Origin: an uncultured Prevotellaceae bacterium
GTDB taxonomy: Bacteria > Bacteroidota > Bacteroidia > Bacteroidales > Muribaculaceae
DNA: 64,000 bases
Reading direction: 5' to 3'
Assembly: GCA_947165485.1 (NCBI GenBank)
Contig: CAMVAP010000012.1
Location: forward strand, 2,227 to 66,226
A model generated the notes under the pieces. That model did no database searches. It saw nothing but the letters and a program-made list of their open reading frames with translations, and was not told the DNA's origin. Shown here one piece after another: positions 48,260-58,360 of the stretch. The stretch's first letter is position 1. Every line of letters begins with the position of its first letter. Position numbers and translations under genes: made by a program.

Positions 48260-50110
48260 ATGGCAGAAAAAGCAAAAGTCCAGTTCCGTCAGAGTATCGT
48301 CGTGCGCTTCTCGGGTGATAGCGGCGATGGTATGCAGTTGGCTGGCAACATTTTCTCTAACGTGAGTGCTGGTCTGGGTGACCGCATCTCAACTTTCCCC
48401 GATTATCCCGCCGAGGTGCGTGCCCCGCAGGGCTCCCTGGGCGGTGTGTCTGGTTTTCAAGTTCACATTGGTCACGGCGTGCACACGCCGGGCGACGAGT
48501 GCGATGTATTGGTGGCTATGAACCCTGCGGCTCTCAAGCAGAACGCTCAGTTCTTGCGCAAGGGTGGTGCTGCCATCGTTGACATCGACACTTTTACCCA
48601 GGCTGGTCTCGACAAGGCGCTCTACACCACCAGTGACCCCTATGAGGAGTTGAACCTCAAGGCTCAAGTCATCGAAGCCCCCATCACCACGATGGTCAAG
48701 GAGGCTCTCAAGGACACGGGCATGGACCTCAAGGCGCAACTCAAGTGCCGCAACATGTTTGCACTCGGTCTCGTGTGCTGGCTCTTCAACCGTCCCATGG
48801 AGGCTCCGTTGAAGTTCCTCAAGGCTAAATTTGCCGAGAAACCCGATGTGTATGCCGCCAACGAGCTTGTCATCAAGGGCGGTTACAACTACGGTCACAA
48901 TATCCACGCCACGGTATCGACCTATCGCATCCAGAGCGATGATGTGCGCCCCGGCACCTATACCGACGTGAGTGGCAACAAGGCTACTGCTTGGGGTCTG
49001 ATCAAGGCCTCCGAGATGAGTGGTCGTCCCTTGTTCCTGGGCTCTTATCCCATTACCCCAGCCACCGACATCCTGCACGAGCTGGCCAAGCGTCGCGACC
49101 TGGGTGTGAAGGCTATTCAGATGGAGGATGAGATTGGTGGCATCTGCTCTGCGATAGGTGCGGCATTTGCCGGACATCTCGCTGTGACATCCACTTCTGG
49201 CCCTGGCCTGGCGCTCAAGAGCGAGGCTTTGGGCTTGGCTGTGATGGCCGAGTTGCCTCTTGTGCTTGTGGACGTGCAGCGTGGCGGTCCCTCGACGGGA
49301 CTTCCCACCAAGACCGAACAGACCGACTTGCAGCAGGCACTCTATGGACGCAGTGGTGAGAGCCCCCTGGTGGTTCTCGCTGCAGCATCGCCCACCGATT
49401 GCTTCAAGATGGCATTCCAGGCAGCACGCCTCGCCATCGAGCACATGACACCGGTCATCCTGCTCACCGATGCCTTTATCGCCAACGGCTCGTCGGCATG
49501 GCGCATCCCCGAGGAGGGTGAGTATCCCGTCATCAAGCCCAACTATGTCCCCGAGGCATTGAAACCCACATGGACTCCGTTCATGCGCAACGCTTTAGGC
49601 ATCCGTTACTGGGCGATCCCCGGCACCAAGGGGCTCGAACACGTCGTGGGTGGTCTGGAGAAGGATTACAACCTGGGCGTGCTCAGCAATGATCCCATCA
49701 ACCATGCCCACATGGTGGAGACCCGCCGCCTCAAGATTGCCAATGTGGCCAACGATATTCCCGAGCTCAAGCTCAAGGGGGACTCTGGGGCCGACACCAT
49801 CATCCTGGGATGGGGCAGCACCTATGGTCACATCCTCGATGCGGTTAACCGCTTGAATAATGAGGGCTTCAGAATCGCGATGACCCACTTCCGTTACATC
49901 AACCCGCTGCCCAAGAACACCGCCGAGCTGCTCAGCCGCTTCAAGACGGTGATTGTCGCCGAGTTGAACACCGGCCAGATGGCAAGTTACCTGCAAAGCA
50001 AGATACCTAACCTGAACATCTGCCACATCAACAAGGTGCAGGGACAGCCGTTCCTGGTTCAGGAAATTGTTGACGGAGTTAAAAACATCATGATGGAGGA
50101 GGAATTGTAA
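48260..50110 (+). CDS. korA: 2-oxoacid:acceptor (ferredoxin) oxidoreductase alpha subunit
   Basis: SGDSGDGMQLAG, YPAEVRAP, SYPITPATD, QMEDEIG and QRGGPSTGLPTKTEQ. Confidence 0.93.
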   Translation: MAEKAKVQFRQSIVVRFSGDSGDGMQLAGNIFSNVSAGLGDRISTFPDYPAEVRAPQGSLGGVSGFQVHIGHGVHTPGDECDVLVAMNPAALKQNAQFLRKGGAAIVDIDTFTQAGLDKALYTTSDPYEELNLKAQVIEAPITTMVKEALKDTGMDLKAQLKCRNMFALGLVCWLFNRPMEAPLKFLKAKFAEKPDVYAANELVIKGGYNYGHNIHATVSTYRIQSDDVRPGTYTDVSGNKATAWGLIKASEMSGRPLFLGSYPITPATDILHELAKRRDLGVKAIQMEDEIGGICSAIGAAFAGHLAVTSTSGPGLALKSEALGLAVMAELPLVLVDVQRGGPSTGLPTKTEQTDLQQALYGRSGESPLVVLAAASPTDCFKMAFQAARLAIEHMTPVILLTDAFIANGSSAWRIPEEGEYPVIKPNYVPEALKPTWTPFMRNALGIRYWAIPGTKGLEHVVGGLEKDYNLGVLSNDPINHAHMVETRRLKIANVANDIPELKLKGDSGADTIILGWGSTYGHILDAVNRLNNEGFRIAMTHFRYINPLPKNTAELLSRFKTVIVAELNTGQMASYLQSKIPNLNICHINKVQGQPFLVQEIVDGVKNIMMEEEL

Positions 50111-51141
50111 TGGAACAGAATAATAATCAACAGCCCGTGGCCTACAAGCCACTTGATTACAAGAATAATCAGCCCGTGCGCTGGTGCCCCGGTTGCGGTG
50201 ATCACGCCGTGCTCAATGTGCTACTCAAGGCAATGTCACAACTGGGCATCCCGCCCGAGAAGACCGCTGTGATATCCGGTATCGGTTGCAGTTCGCGTCT
50301 GCCTTACTATACCCACACCTATGCCTTCCACACCATTCATGGTCGTGGCGGTGCTGTGGCAACAGGTTTCAAGACGGCCAATCCCGACATGACCGTTTGG
50401 CAGGTGTCGGGCGATGGCGACTGCCTGGCCATCGGTGGTAACCACTTCATCCACGAGGTGCGCCGCAATGTGGACCTGAACCTGCTGTTGTTGAACAACC
50501 GCATCTACGGCTTGACCAAGGGCCAGTTCTCTCCCACGAGTGCTCGCGGTTTCAAGTCCAAGTCGTCGCCCTATGGCACTGTTGAGGATCCCTTCATCCC
50601 CGCCGAGTTGACCTTTGGCGCACGTGGCACATTCTTTGCACGCAGCCTTGACGTGGAACTGTCAATCAGTCAAGAGGTGATGATGGCCGCTGCCAGGCAC
50701 AAGGGATGCTCGGTCGTTGAGATATTGCAGAACTGCATGATCTTTAACAACGGTATTCATGGCTATATTACTGATCGTGAGCACCGTGCCGACCGCACCA
50801 TCCATCTCGTGCATGGCGAGAAGATGATCTTCGGCAAGGACAATAACCGTGGCCTCATCCAGGATGGATTTGGTCTCAAGGCCATCACCATCGGCCAGGA
50901 CGGCTACACCATTGATGATGTGCTCGTTCACGATGCCCACTGCGAGAGCTTCTTCCTGCACCAGATGCTGGCCATGATGGATGGCACCGACCTGCCCGTG
51001 GCTCTCGGTGTGATTCGTTCGGTCGAGGCTCCCACCTATGAGACCGCTGTTGCCGAGCAGGTCGAGGAAGCCAAGGCCAAGCATGGCTTCACCTGCCTGA
51101 ACGATGTCATCATGGCTGGTGACACCTGGCAAGTGGAATAA
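50110..51141 (+). CDS. korB: 2-oxoacid:ferredoxin oxidoreductase beta subunit
   Basis: WCPGCGD, SGIGCSSR, HTIHGR, GDGD.LAIGGNHF and NNRIYGLTKGQFSPT (TPP-binding). Confidence 0.93.
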   Translation: MEQNNNQQPVAYKPLDYKNNQPVRWCPGCGDHAVLNVLLKAMSQLGIPPEKTAVISGIGCSSRLPYYTHTYAFHTIHGRGGAVATGFKTANPDMTVWQVSGDGDCLAIGGNHFIHEVRRNVDLNLLLLNNRIYGLTKGQFSPTSARGFKSKSSPYGTVEDPFIPAELTFGARGTFFARSLDVELSISQEVMMAAARHKGCSVVEILQNCMIFNNGIHGYITDREHRADRTIHLVHGEKMIFGKDNNRGLIQDGFGLKAITIGQDGYTIDDVLVHDAHCESFFLHQMLAMMDGTDLPVALGVIRSVEAPTYETAVAEQVEEAKAKHGFTCLNDVIMAGDTWQVE

Positions 51142-51158
51142 TGTATTGATAATGAATG

Positions 51159-52064
51159 CTATATCAGGGCATTGATAGTGCCCATGATGCAACCCAACAG
51201 GGCTCCCAGCCACACGATGGCGCGGAGCTCTTTTTTCATCACATCCAGGATGATGGCTTCGGCCTCCATCATGTCCATCTCGTTGATGCGTTGCTCGATG
51301 ATGGCGCTGATGTCGATATCCTGTAGGATGCGGGGCAGATGCTCGGTAATGATGACGCGGTAAGCGCTCAAGATGCCGCCCTTGGCCTGCGCCACTTGTT
51401 CATCATGGCCGGTCATGAGGCTGCTCATGGTCAATGACATGAGTTGTCCCGATTGTTCCTGCACCAGTCCATCGACCATCTGCTGCGAGTTGTTGTGCAG
51501 GATCTCGTTGATGTGCTTGGCAAGAATGCCCTCAATGAGTTGGGCGACAGGTTGCAGGAGTATGTCGGCACCCAATTTGCCTGCTACGCTCTTGCGGGTC
51601 TTCTCCATGACGTGGGCAGTGGCCATGCGGGCAATGCTTTCTCCCAAGCGGCTATCCTGTAGCTTGGCGGTGATCATCTTGGTGATACCGCCGGTCACGT
51701 TCTCGCGCATGGCAACGATGTCGTCTTGAGGCAGGTAGTGGCGTGCAAACTCCTCAACAGTCTCATTGTTGCCGCTCTGGGTGGCCACAAACTCGTCGAT
51801 GGCATCACCAATCTTGCTCAGCATCTCGTCACTCAACAAGCTCTTCTCCAGCACTTCACGGTTCATCAGATTCTCACTCACCGCCTTGCCTATCGCTCCA
51901 GCGATGCGCTCTTTCTCCTTGGGAATAATGCCAGGGGTGAAAGGCACCCTCACCCCCATGATGTACTTGGCATGATGAGGTCTGAACAACATCCTGATGG
52001 CGATGTCGTTAGTGATGTACCCGATAGCCGCACCCACTAGTGGGCCAATTAAATAATGCAACAT
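51159..52064 (-). CDS. DUF445 family membrane protein
   Basis: IGYITNDIAIRMLFRP, PGIIPKEKERIA and C-terminal KELRAIVWLGALLG. Confidence 0.88.
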   Translation of the reverse strand: MLHYLIGPLVGAAIGYITNDIAIRMLFRPHHAKYIMGVRVPFTPGIIPKEKERIAGAIGKAVSENLMNREVLEKSLLSDEMLSKIGDAIDEFVATQSGNNETVEEFARHYLPQDDIVAMRENVTGGITKMITAKLQDSRLGESIARMATAHVMEKTRKSVAGKLGADILLQPVAQLIEGILAKHINEILHNNSQQMVDGLVQEQSGQLMSLTMSSLMTGHDEQVAQAKGGILSAYRVIITEHLPRILQDIDISAIIEQRINEMDMMEAEAIILDVMKKELRAIVWLGALLGCIMGTINALI

Positions 52065-52080
52065 AGTAAAACCCTATAAA

Positions 52081-52129
52081 CCTAACCCCTAAAGCCTAAA
52101 GCCTAAAACCTAAAGCCTAAAACCTAAAA
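52081..52129. repeat. Heptamer array, 7 x CCTAA(A/C)(A/G/C)
   Basis: Seven contiguous units abutting the lolA TGA stop at 52130-52132. Confidence 0.9.
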
Positions 52130-52750
52130 TCACCTCAAATCAACAACTTGTGTTCCAGCAGGAACCAGCGACTTGTCATAGGTGAATGTCGAGGCGGGTA
52201 GGGAAGTGTGCTTGTAGTTGGTGATCTTGATGATATACACCGTCTTGTCTCTCATCTCAAATCGCGCCGTGCGCAGCAACGAGGTCGTCTCGTCAAAGTA
52301 GAGCCACAAGGTCTTGACGGCATCATTCTTGGCCTTGGGCGTGAGCTTGATGGCGTATGTCTTGGCCGTTTTGGCCTTGGCTTTCTTCATGTTGAAACGC
52401 GACTTGAAGTGCTGGGCAGCCGCAATGGGGTTGGTCATCTGCAACTCATCGGGAGTGGGCGAGGTGATATTCACCTCTTGGGTCAACGGGGACCACGACC
52501 ATTGTGTCTTGCCGTCATACCAGCACTTGGCATCGGGGGAAATGACACGGAACTTACTGCCCTGCATGGCAATCTTACCCTGGCTGGTGCCTTGTGAAGT
52601 GGTGATGCTATAGGAAGCGGTGACACCTCCACTGGCATTGATTGCCGCTATACACTTGTCGAGCATGGTGCTCGGCGACTGGGCTTGAGCCATGGCAACG
52701 ATAGTGGCCAGGGTCATGAGAAGAGCGATATGGATTCTTTTCATTGTCAT
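52130..52750 (-). CDS. lolA: LolA-like outer-membrane lipoprotein carrier protein
   Basis: Signal peptide; WYDGKTQWSW...EVNIT; conserved position downstream of ftsK. Confidence 0.85.
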   Translation of the reverse strand: MTMKRIHIALLMTLATIVAMAQAQSPSTMLDKCIAAINASGGVTASYSITTSQGTSQGKIAMQGSKFRVISPDAKCWYDGKTQWSWSPLTQEVNITSPTPDELQMTNPIAAAQHFKSRFNMKKAKAKTAKTYAIKLTPKAKNDAVKTLWLYFDETTSLLRTARFEMRDKTVYIIKITNYKHTSLPASTFTYDKSLVPAGTQVVDLR

Positions 52751-52853
52751 TAAATTTTTATCATGATTACTCTAAATCTAGATATTCCAGAGCATCTAGA
52801 TTGCAAAAAGAGTGCCAACTCGTGGGGGCACTCTTGATAATGTGAAGCTGTTG

Positions 52854-55361
52854 TCACGAGAACAACTGGTCGATGTCCATGGGGCTGACAAGCACCTGAC
52901 GGGGTTTGCTGCCCTGGGCTGGACCCACGATGCCGGCATGTTCCATCTGGTCCATCAAGCGACCAGCGCGGTTATAGCCGATCTCGTAGCGGCGTTGCAG
53001 TGACGACGTGCTGGCCGTGTTACCCATGACAACAAATCGCACTGCCTCCTCAAACAACGGGTCACGGTCCTTGACGTTGCCCACATTGGCATCACTGCCG
53101 CCGCCCTCGTCCTTACCGACGTACTCGGGCAGCAAGTAAGGCTCCTCGTGGTTGATGTCACGGTCATTGTCCTCTTGTTCCTTGATGTAGTCACAGATGC
53201 GCACGATGTCGGGCGTATCGACAAACGGACACTGCAATCGGGTTAACTCGCCATCGATCTGGAACAGCATGTCGCCTCGACCGATGAGCTGCTGGGCGCC
53301 CGTGCGGTCGATGATGATCTGGCTGTCGATGCGCTGGGCAACGGCAAAGGCGATGCGGCCTGGGAAGTTACCCTTGATCAAGCCGGTGATAACCTTGGAC
53401 GACGGGCGCTGGGTGGCAATAATCATGTGGATGCCCACGGCACGGGCTTTCTGGGCGATGCGCACCAGCGGCGTTTCCACCTCCTTGCCAGCGGTCATGA
53501 TCATGTCGCTGAACTCGTCGATGATACCCACAATGTAGGGCATGTACTGGTACTTCTTCTCGCCGTGCTCGTCGCGCACCTCACGCAGTTCGCGGCGCCA
53601 CATCTCGTTATAGTCGCTCACGTTGCGCACCCTCACCTCTTCAAACACCTTGTAGCGGTCTTCCATCTCCTGCACGAGGCAGTTCAACGTCTTGATGACG
53701 CGGTCGGTGTCGGTGATGATGGCTTTCTCCTCACCGGGAGCTTTGGCAAAGTAATATTTCTCCAGGTCGGCATACACGCTGAATTCCACGCGCTTGGGGT
53801 CAACGAGGACAAATTTCAGCTCCGACGGGCCTTTCTTGTACAGCAGCGACGTGATGATAGCGTTCAAACCAACGGATTTACCTTTACCGGTAGCACCTGC
53901 TACCAGCAGGTGAGGCATCTTGGTCAGGTCGGCGATAAACACCTCGTTGCTCACCGTGCAGCCCAGGCACATGGGCAACTTGGCACGGCTTTCCTGGAAG
54001 GCTTTGGATCCCAGCACCTCACGCATCGGCACCACTTGAGGATCGCGGTTAGGCACCTCGATGCCGATGGTTCCCTTACCGGGCATGGGGGCGATAATGC
54101 GGATGCCCAGTGCGGCAAGGCTCAAGGCGATATCATCCTCCAGACCGCGTATCTTGTTGACGCGCACACCGTCCTCGGGCACGATTTCAAACAGTGTCAC
54201 CGTGGGACCCACGTGCACCATGATTTCCTTGATCTCGATGCCATACTTGCTCAGGGTGTCGCGGATGCGCTCCTTGTTCTCGTCCTGCTCCTGCTTGTCA
54301 ACGCTGTTAGGATTCATGCGGATGTCTTGCAGCAGGTCTAGGGTGGGGAAGCGGTAGTGGCGGTATTCGCCCGTGGGATCATGCGGGTTGCTCACCTCGG
54401 TGCTGGCCATGATGGGCTTGAGATGGGCCGTCTCCCCCGAACCGGCCTCGGTGGCGGACTGGGGCTTAGGACTCGATTTCCGCTTCCTGATGATTTTATC
54501 CATCAAGGGGCGCTCTTGCTGGTTGTCGTCCTGCTTGCGCTCGTCCTGTAGCTTCTGCTCGCTGCCCAGGAATGTCGATTCTCCAGGTTCACTGATGACC
54601 TCCTCGGCTTTTTCCTTGCTGCGGTTACGCTTTTTCTCTATTTCCTGTTGTAATTGGCGGTACAGGTTAGAGAAGGTTTGATAGGTAAGGAAAATCCACA
54701 GCATGAGGATGATCAGGTTGACGGCAACCATGCCATAGATGCCCAGGAACCCCAGCAGCCACTTGTTGGCATAGTAACCAAAGTAGCCCCCCAGGGGGAA
54801 AAACGTGATGGGTTTCATGAAATAGGTTGCTGCTCCCACCACCATCGAGAAGGTGAAGATGCTGAACAGGCACACCAGTGAGTAAGAGAAAAAGTGGGCT
54901 TTCTTCTTGAGCAATAATCTCATACCCAAGGTGCCAAACCACACGACAATGATAAATGCGGCAATGCCCACGCCGTTGGCAATGAGGAAATCACTCAGCG
55001 ACGCTCCCATTGCTGCGCCGGCATTGCGGATTTTCTCTGGCATCTGCGCGTTTTCAATCATCGAGTAGTTGGCCACACGGTTCTGGTCACTCATGCCGGC
55101 GGCAATAAAGAACGACAGGAAGGAGATCAACAGATAAATCGCGGTGAACAACAGGATAAGTCCCATACCCACCTTGATGCGGCCATTCTTGAAGAAGGCC
55201 ATGAACCGTTGCCACTTGGTGACGTTCTCGTTATCGATGGCCTCCTCGACCTCACGCGACTTGCGGTAGTCCTCCGACTTTTTTACACCACTGATGTCAG
55301 GATTGAAAAACCCCTGATTATCATTTATTTTTTTACTCTGGTTGCTCTTATTCTTGCTCAT
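52854..55361 (-). CDS. ftsK: DNA translocase FtsK
   Basis: N-terminal TM region, PHLLVAGATGKGKS, IIDEFSD, IATQRPS, GRGDML and gamma domain LQRRYEIGYNRAGR. Confidence 0.97.
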   Translation of the reverse strand: MSKNKSNQSKKINDNQGFFNPDISGVKKSEDYRKSREVEEAIDNENVTKWQRFMAFFKNGRIKVGMGLILLFTAIYLLISFLSFFIAAGMSDQNRVANYSMIENAQMPEKIRNAGAAMGASLSDFLIANGVGIAAFIIVVWFGTLGMRLLLKKKAHFFSYSLVCLFSIFTFSMVVGAATYFMKPITFFPLGGYFGYYANKWLLGFLGIYGMVAVNLIILMLWIFLTYQTFSNLYRQLQQEIEKKRNRSKEKAEEVISEPGESTFLGSEQKLQDERKQDDNQQERPLMDKIIRKRKSSPKPQSATEAGSGETAHLKPIMASTEVSNPHDPTGEYRHYRFPTLDLLQDIRMNPNSVDKQEQDENKERIRDTLSKYGIEIKEIMVHVGPTVTLFEIVPEDGVRVNKIRGLEDDIALSLAALGIRIIAPMPGKGTIGIEVPNRDPQVVPMREVLGSKAFQESRAKLPMCLGCTVSNEVFIADLTKMPHLLVAGATGKGKSVGLNAIITSLLYKKGPSELKFVLVDPKRVEFSVYADLEKYYFAKAPGEEKAIITDTDRVIKTLNCLVQEMEDRYKVFEEVRVRNVSDYNEMWRRELREVRDEHGEKKYQYMPYIVGIIDEFSDMIMTAGKEVETPLVRIAQKARAVGIHMIIATQRPSSKVITGLIKGNFPGRIAFAVAQRIDSQIIIDRTGAQQLIGRGDMLFQIDGELTRLQCPFVDTPDIVRICDYIKEQEDNDRDINHEEPYLLPEYVGKDEGGGSDANVGNVKDRDPLFEEAVRFVVMGNTASTSSLQRRYEIGYNRAGRLMDQMEHAGIVGPAQGSKPRQVLVSPMDIDQLFS

Positions 55362-55483
55362 TTTGCTATCGATATAATTTGGGGGTGTAAAATTACAAAA
55401 TAAAATTGGTTTACAAACGCAAACCGCACGTTTTTTTTAAAAAAAATTCTAAGTGGTAAAGAAATGGTGACCGCTCAGCCTGA

Positions 55484-56965
55484 TCAGTCTTTCTTCCAGA
55501 AGGAGCGGGTGAAGATCACCAGCACGGTGAACAGCTCTAGACGACCCACCATCATCTCAAAGGCTAGTACCCATTTGGCACCTGGATGCAAGGCTACCCA
55601 CGAGCCGCCCGACCCTGTCACGCCATGGCCGATGCCCACGTTGCTGATGGCCGACATCGAGGTGTATATCGCGTCAAACACGGGAATGCCATAGAAGGTG
55701 AGATACAGCGCCACCACCATGATGAGGACAATATAGACAGTGAAAAAGGTGTTGACTTTATTCACCACATGGTTGGGCACCGGCTTGCCGTCAACGTGCA
55801 CGGCGCGCACCGAGTTGGTGTGCAGTACACGGTAAAACTCATTGGCTGTGTTCCTGAGCAGGACAATGAGGCGGTCCATCTTGGCACCGCCCGATGTCGA
55901 GCCCGCCATGCCGCCAAAGAACATCATCACCATCAGGATGACGGTGACAAATTCACCGCTGTTCTCATAATCAAATGTCGAGAACCCCGTGGACGTGATA
56001 GCCGACAGTGTGTCAAATGCTCCATATATCAGGCGGTCACTATGGTTGTCGAGAAAGCCCTTATACACCATGTAGGCAAAGATGGCAACCGTGGTAATCA
56101 GCGTTGTCATGCAATACCAGCGCAGGGTGTTGTTGTGCTTGATGCGCTTGAAGTTTCCTCGCATGGTGGCCACGATGATCGAGAAACTGATACCACCGAT
56201 GAACATGAAGATAATCACCACAATAAACACATAACTCGAGTGCCAGTAGTCGAGGCCGATATTCTTGGTGGAATAGCCGCCTGTCGAGGTCGTGGTCATC
56301 GCGTGGCACACGGCATCAAACCAGTCCATGGGACCCAGATACAGTAAAACGGTCAACAGGATGGTCAGGCCGATGTAGATGAGCCACAGGTCCTTGGCTG
56401 TCTGGCTGACACGTGGACGCAGGCGCTCGTGGGTAATGCCGGTCACCTCGGCGTTGAACAAGGCGATGCCTCCTTTCTGGTTCAGCATGGGGATGACCGC
56501 CAGGGTGAACAGGATGATTCCCATACCCCCAATCCACTGGGTCATCGCACGCCAGAACAGCACGCCACGTGGAATCTCCTCCACATAGCGGATCACGCTC
56601 GATCCTGTCGTGGTGAAGCCTGCCATCGTCTCAAAAAACGCATCGGTCACATTATTGAACGTCTCAGAAAACAGGTAGGGCAACATGCCGAAGAGCGAGA
56701 AGAATACCCAGATGATGGCGGTGAGCATCAGGCCCTCTCGCTTGTGCATCGAGGAACTGCGGGGCTTGATGCCAAATGCCATCAGGCTGCCGGCTCCCGC
56801 TGTGATGAGCGCACTGTAGATGAATGACCACAATGCCGTGTGCTCTTCAAACCACCATGACACGGCAAGTGGCAGGAGCATGAAGGCTGCCTCGATGAGC
56901 AACAGCCAGCCCTGCATACGCATCACGATGGCAAAATTGATATTTTGGTTCTTAACCCTCGGCAT
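55484..56965 (-). CDS. trkH: Trk system potassium uptake protein TrkH
   Basis: FFETMAGFTTTG, QWIGGMG, TSTGG, GSTSGG, SNVGIG and GRLE. Confidence 0.95.
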   Translation of the reverse strand: MPRVKNQNINFAIVMRMQGWLLLIEAAFMLLPLAVSWWFEEHTALWSFIYSALITAGAGSLMAFGIKPRSSSMHKREGLMLTAIIWVFFSLFGMLPYLFSETFNNVTDAFFETMAGFTTTGSSVIRYVEEIPRGVLFWRAMTQWIGGMGIILFTLAVIPMLNQKGGIALFNAEVTGITHERLRPRVSQTAKDLWLIYIGLTILLTVLLYLGPMDWFDAVCHAMTTTSTGGYSTKNIGLDYWHSSYVFIVVIIFMFIGGISFSIIVATMRGNFKRIKHNNTLRWYCMTTLITTVAIFAYMVYKGFLDNHSDRLIYGAFDTLSAITSTGFSTFDYENSGEFVTVILMVMMFFGGMAGSTSGGAKMDRLIVLLRNTANEFYRVLHTNSVRAVHVDGKPVPNHVVNKVNTFFTVYIVLIMVVALYLTFYGIPVFDAIYTSMSAISNVGIGHGVTGSGGSWVALHPGAKWVLAFEMMVGRLELFTVLVIFTRSFWKKD

Positions 56966-56971
56966 AGCGGT

Positions 56972-58303
56972 TCAAGAGAAATATTTGTCCAACTTGTGAA
57001 TCGCCCCTTGCAAGCAGAATACCACCACATGGTCGCCTGCCATGATCTCGGTGTTGCCGTCAACCAGGTAACCCTTGCCGTTGCGCACCAGACCGGCTAT
57101 CGTGAAGTCTCGACTCAGCTTCAGGTCCTTGACTGGGGCGCGGGTCACGCGGTCCCCTTCCTGGACAATGATTTCGGCCACTTCGGCGTCCGACAGGGCC
57201 AGGCAACGGGCATTGTCCTCGTCGGCATCAATCAGGATTTGATAGATGCGGCTCGATGCCAGCAATTTCTTATTGACAATGGTGCCGATGTTGAGGGCCT
57301 CGGCCTCATTGATGAACTGGATATCTTCAACCTGGGCAATGGTCTTGGGCACAAGGTTGGCCTTGGCCATCATGCAGGCCATCATGTTGACAGCACTGTT
57401 CTCTCCCAGGGCGATAAAGGCGTCATAGTTGCTCACGCTCTCTTCCTCGCTCAACTCGGTGTCGCGGAAGTCGCCTTGAACCAGCTTGCAGTTGGGGTAG
57501 CGCTGGGCCAGCTCGTCACAGCGGTTCAAGTCCTCCTCGATGATCTTGATGTCAACCGTCTTGCCCAGTTTCTTGATGAGTTGCTCGGCAATATCGTTGC
57601 CGCCAACGATGAGTACGCTGTCAACCGGCGACTGTGTCTTGCCGCACACCTCACGCACCTCATCGATGTGGTCGCGCGTGGTGGCTATATATACAATGTC
57701 ATTGTCCAGCACCCGGTCATCGCCACGCGGGATGATGATCTCGCGGTTGCGCTTGATGGCCGACACGTGCAGGAAGTGGCTGATGTTGGACACATCCCTG
57801 AGCATCTGGTTGACAATGCGGGCGTTGGAGCGTATCTTCACACCCACCACAATGAGCTCGCCGTCAAAGAGCTCAAACCAGTTCCTGGCCCACGTGCGCT
57901 TGAGTGCGCTGGAAATCTCGCGCGCTGCCAGTCTCTCGGGGTAGATGAGGTTGTCAATGCCCAGGTTGGTGATGTGGTCACGCCACTTGGGACTGAAGAA
58001 TTCATCATTATCGACGCGTGCCACAGTCCTCTTGGCTCCCAGCTTCTTGGCCATCGAGCAGGCTAGGATGTTACGGGCCTCGCTCTTGGTCACGGAGATA
58101 AACAGGTCACACAGTCCCGTCTTGATGGCATTCAAGTCATTGAACGAGATAGCGCTACCCTGATGAGTGAGCAGGTTATAATTCTCGAGGGGTTCGAGCT
58201 TCTTGTTATCAACGTCCATGACGATGATGTCCTGCTCCTCATTGCTGAGCATCTTGGCTAGATGCGTCCCCACTTCTCCGGCACCGGCAATTACAATTCT
58301 CAT
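56972..58303 (-). CDS. trkA: Trk system potassium uptake protein TrkA
   Basis: IAGAGEVG, two RCK_N/RCK_C pairs and YPERLAAREI. Confidence 0.96.
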   Translation of the reverse strand: MRIVIAGAGEVGTHLAKMLSNEEQDIIVMDVDNKKLEPLENYNLLTHQGSAISFNDLNAIKTGLCDLFISVTKSEARNILACSMAKKLGAKRTVARVDNDEFFSPKWRDHITNLGIDNLIYPERLAAREISSALKRTWARNWFELFDGELIVVGVKIRSNARIVNQMLRDVSNISHFLHVSAIKRNREIIIPRGDDRVLDNDIVYIATTRDHIDEVREVCGKTQSPVDSVLIVGGNDIAEQLIKKLGKTVDIKIIEEDLNRCDELAQRYPNCKLVQGDFRDTELSEEESVSNYDAFIALGENSAVNMMACMMAKANLVPKTIAQVEDIQFINEAEALNIGTIVNKKLLASSRIYQILIDADEDNARCLALSDAEVAEIIVQEGDRVTRAPVKDLKLSRDFTIAGLVRNGKGYLVDGNTEIMAGDHVVVFCLQGAIHKLDKYFS

Positions 58304-58360
58304 CTGTTATCCAATAATTAATTCTCTCTCAGTATTGTGAAAACGCTTGATGTTTTGCGT

